Source: Solirubrobacteraceae bacterium (GTDB lineage: Bacteria > Actinomycetota > Thermoleophilia > Solirubrobacterales > Solirubrobacteraceae). From it: a DNA stretch of 64,000 nt. A program made the position numbers and the translations under genes. Shown here in pieces: positions 61,488 through 64,000 of this stretch. A model generated the notes under the pieces. It saw nothing but the letters and a program-made list of their open reading frames with translations. It was not told the DNA's origin and made no database searches. Within the stretch, counting starts at the first letter, position 1. Every line of letters starts with the position of its first letter. The stretch spans positions 26,448 to 90,447 of the forward strand of contig DATHNT010000013.1 of NCBI GenBank assembly GCA_035485715.1, read 5' to 3'.

Positions 61488-63278
61488 CTAAACGGGGCCG
61501 CGCAACGCGCGCGCGCAGATCGCAAGCGCACAGCCAAGCACCGCCCCCAACAGCGCGCCGCGCGGACTTGGTTGGCTTGCGTGCGAGAGCAGCGCCCGTT
61601 CCAGCAACGGCACCGCTGCTAGCAATGCGATCGTCCAGACGATCGCCGCGCCCACGTCCAAAGCAGCGCTGCGGCCGCGCACAAGCCACGGCAGGATCGC
61701 GCTCGCGAGCGCCCACACCGCCGCGCCGAGCAGCAGCTCGACCGTGAACGTCGGCACGATCACGTGCGTGGCGGCGGCGTTGATCGAGCTCTCCCAGGCC
61801 GCTCTCGGCGGCAGCCCTACTGGGGGCCCAAGCCACAGCCTGCGCCTCAGCAGCGACTCCGCGAGCGCCAGCCACCAGAAGCCGAGCGCGGCCAGTCCGG
61901 CGCGCGCAAGCCAGTTCGAGCGTTGGCCGGCCAACGCCGGAAAAGCACCCGCCAAGCCGGCAAGCCCGAGTGCCGGCGCCAGTCCTGCGGCCAGCCAGCC
62001 GGGACCCGAGCGGCGTGGCAGCGCCAGCAGTGGAGCGCCGGCGGCAAGCACCAACAGAGATACCCCGGGTAGACCGGCGAAGGCCTGCCAGGCGGCGAGC
62101 GTCAGTAGACAGCCGAGCCACAGCAGTCTTGGCAACGCCACTGTCCGGCTCGTACGAGCGCGGCCCTCCTGCTCGTCGAACTCGTCATCCAGATCGCGGA
62201 GATCGCCATCGCGAGCGGCACGGCGGGGGTCGGCAGCGTGCGTAAGTGCAGCGGCCGGCCAGGTGCGATCCAGGTTGACGCGGGGCCGAAAAGCGGTGCG
62301 CTCCTCCTGAGCATCCTCCTGCAGCGCCATTGAGTCAGCCCGGCGACGCGAACCACGACGAGCAAAGAGTCGTTGCCTCAGCCCCCGCTCCAGCGTGCGC
62401 TCGAGGACGTCGTGCAGTTCGCTGAGCGTGCCGCGCCGCTCGGGCTGAGCGAGCAGCGCCCGGTCGAGAGCGCGGGTGAGCTCGGGCGGGAGGTCGCGGC
62501 GGCGACGCTCCAGCGGCTCCACCGGGGCGCCAATGCGCCTTGCGGTGGCGGCGGGCGTGCGACCGCGCACAGGGTTGACACCACTCAAGGCCTCATACAG
62601 AACAAGCGCCAGCGAGTACAGATCGGCCGCGGGACCGGCCTCGTGGCCCTCACTCTGCTCGGGGGACATGTAAGCAAGCGTGCCGAGCACATCCCCGGTG
62701 CGCGTCAACGCGTCGTCTCCGGCCAGCCTGGCTCCGCCGAAGTCCGCGAGCTTTGCCAGCGGCGGGGCCACGCCGCGAGTCGGCGTGTGCTCTGCGGCGT
62801 CGCTCGGCACGAGCACGTTTTGGGGCTTGACGTCGCGGTGGATCACGCCGCGCGCGTGCGCGTGCTCCAGCGCGCTAAGCAACGCCACGCCGATCTCGAG
62901 CACCTCCTCGTCTGCGAGCTGATCCTCGGAGATCAGCTCAGCCAGCGTCGCCCCGTCGATCAGCTCCGAGATCAGGTAGAAGGCATCCGCGTCCGAGCTG
63001 GCCTCGTACAGCGCCACGATCGCCGGGTGCGCGAGTCTGGCCGTGGCGTGCGCCTCGCGCGTTGCCCGCTCACGGTCCTCCTCGGAGGGCAGCGGAATGC
63101 GCTTGACCGCCACGGCGCGATCGAGCTGCTCGTCGTGCGCGCGCCACACGGTGCCGAAGCCTCCAGCACCGAGCCGCTCCTGCAACAGGTAGCGCCCGAG
63201 CAGCAGCTCGCCCCGGCGGGTGGAGCGCTCGTCAGAGATGCGGATCTGGCCCTGGACAAGGGTTTTGGAGGAATCCAC
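61488..63278 (-). CDS. Ser/Thr protein kinase with polytopic membrane C-terminus
   Basis: LGAGGFGTVW, VAVK, HRDVKPQN, DFG, YMSPEQ; about six hydrophobic segments at the C-terminus. GGAGG RBS before GTG 63278. Confidence 0.88.
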   Translation of the reverse strand: MDSSKTLVQGQIRISDERSTRRGELLLGRYLLQERLGAGGFGTVWRAHDEQLDRAVAVKRIPLPSEEDRERATREAHATARLAHPAIVALYEASSDADAFYLISELIDGATLAELISEDQLADEEVLEIGVALLSALEHAHARGVIHRDVKPQNVLVPSDAAEHTPTRGVAPPLAKLADFGGARLAGDDALTRTGDVLGTLAYMSPEQSEGHEAGPAADLYSLALVLYEALSGVNPVRGRTPAATARRIGAPVEPLERRRRDLPPELTRALDRALLAQPERRGTLSELHDVLERTLERGLRQRLFARRGSRRRADSMALQEDAQEERTAFRPRVNLDRTWPAAALTHAADPRRAARDGDLRDLDDEFDEQEGRARTSRTVALPRLLWLGCLLTLAAWQAFAGLPGVSLLVLAAGAPLLALPRRSGPGWLAAGLAPALGLAGLAGAFPALAGQRSNWLARAGLAALGFWWLALAESLLRRRLWLGPPVGLPPRAAWESSINAAATHVIVPTFTVELLLGAAVWALASAILPWLVRGRSAALDVGAAIVWTIALLAAVPLLERALLSHASQPSPRGALLGAVLGCALAICARALRGPV

Positions 63279-63420
63279 CGCCTCCGCGTTCGCCGCGCCC
63301 AGCCCCTTACCTGCCGCAAGATCGTGCGATCCGTTACTGACTGAGAAGTTGCAGCAAACATTCCGGCTGACGGTGGGGTCATACTGATGTGCTTCACAAG
63401 CCCCTGCAAGGAGCACTCTT

Positions 63421-64000
63421 TTGTCGTTCTTCGACGACGAGGACGAGGAGCCGCCGACCACAGTCCGGCCGGCGCCCACTCAACAACAGTCGCGACCACA
63501 GCCGCGCCGTCCCCAACGGGGAGGGGGAGGAACGGGCCCTGGAGCTGGCGCATCCTCGATCGACCATCACGCGATGATGGTGCGCCGGCGCATTGCGGCC
63601 GGCGTCGGGGTGGTGCTGTTGATCGCGATCGTGCTGCTTGTCAACGGCTGTTTGAAGCGGGGTAAACAGCAGGCGCTCGAAAGCTACAACCAGAACGTCA
63701 ACCAGATCGCGGCGCAGTCCGAATCGCAGGTTGCGAAGCCCTTGTTCACGACGCTCTCCTCCGCCAGCGGCAAGCAGGCGCTCGACGTGGAGACGCAGAT
63801 CGACCAGTTGCGCCGCCAGTCCGAAGAAATCGCCGAACATGCCAAAGGGCTGAGCTTGCCGAGTGAGATGACCTCGGCGCAACGCAACCTGCTGCTCGCA
63901 CTCAACCTGCGCGTAGAAGGACTCACAAAGATCGCCGGACTCGTGCGCGAAGCGCTCGGCGGCAAAGCCCAGCAGGCCAGCACCTATATCGCGGGGGCAA
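63421..64000 (+). CDS. Hypothetical membrane-anchored protein (partial, runs off window end)
   Basis: Read by hand from TTG 63421 after AAGGAG: MSFFDDEDEEPP...VRRRIAAGVGVVLLIAIVLLVNGC..., then helical; open to the edge. Confidence 0.8.
   Translation, partial: MSFFDDEDEEPPTTVRPAPTQQQSRPQPRRPQRGGGGTGPGAGASSIDHHAMMVRRRIAAGVGVVLLIAIVLLVNGCLKRGKQQALESYNQNVNQIAAQSESQVAKPLFTTLSSASGKQALDVETQIDQLRRQSEEIAEHAKGLSLPSEMTSAQRNLLLALNLRVEGLTKIAGLVREALGGKAQQASTYIAGA

Noticed and set aside
1-64000. Prophage, integron, IS or defence island
   Set aside because: No integrase, transposase, phage structural, restriction-modification or toxin-antitoxin motifs were recognised in any frame provided.

Overview
High-GC Actinomycetota chromosomal window. 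The gene repertoire and style suggest Thermoleophilia/Solirubrobacterales (inference). It holds about 57 CDS. I found no rRNA, tRNA, CRISPR array, transposase, integrase or phage gene. Layout: (1) 1-18.6 kb accessory block: PadR - degenerate ABC ATPase - ABC ATPase (runs off the left edge), lipase, O-methyltransferase, then a long + strand run (two 4-Cys secreted proteins, a small beta-rich secreted protein, LolD/MacB-like ATPase, 839-aa double-FtsX permease, TetR, MGT glycosyltransferase, CPA2 antiporter, MMPL, P450, SGNH hydrolase). (2) 18.6-30 kb mixed metabolism: ltrA, two SDRs, a ufa/cfa-like lipid-modification trio with a SigK-type promoter, a CADD-like diiron protein, a cupredoxin, a dehalogenase-like hydrolase and a structured 6C-like ncRNA candidate. 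(3) 30-53.5 kb envelope polysaccharide genes, interrupted by a second copy of the secreted-protein/ABC module headed by a DUF2600 (YtpB-like terpene synthase). (4) 53.5-64 kb fhaA-fhaB-pstP-pbpA-pknB cluster with rodA missing, plus two extra Ser/Thr kinases. The best candidate for an undescribed system is the recurring module: LSMGE-type ABC ATPase + double-FtsX permease + 4-Cys secreted proteins + AOC/dirigent-like secreted barrel, linked to DUF2600 and to a PadR/degenerate-ATPase operon. All family calls come from motif recognition by eye; no searches were run.
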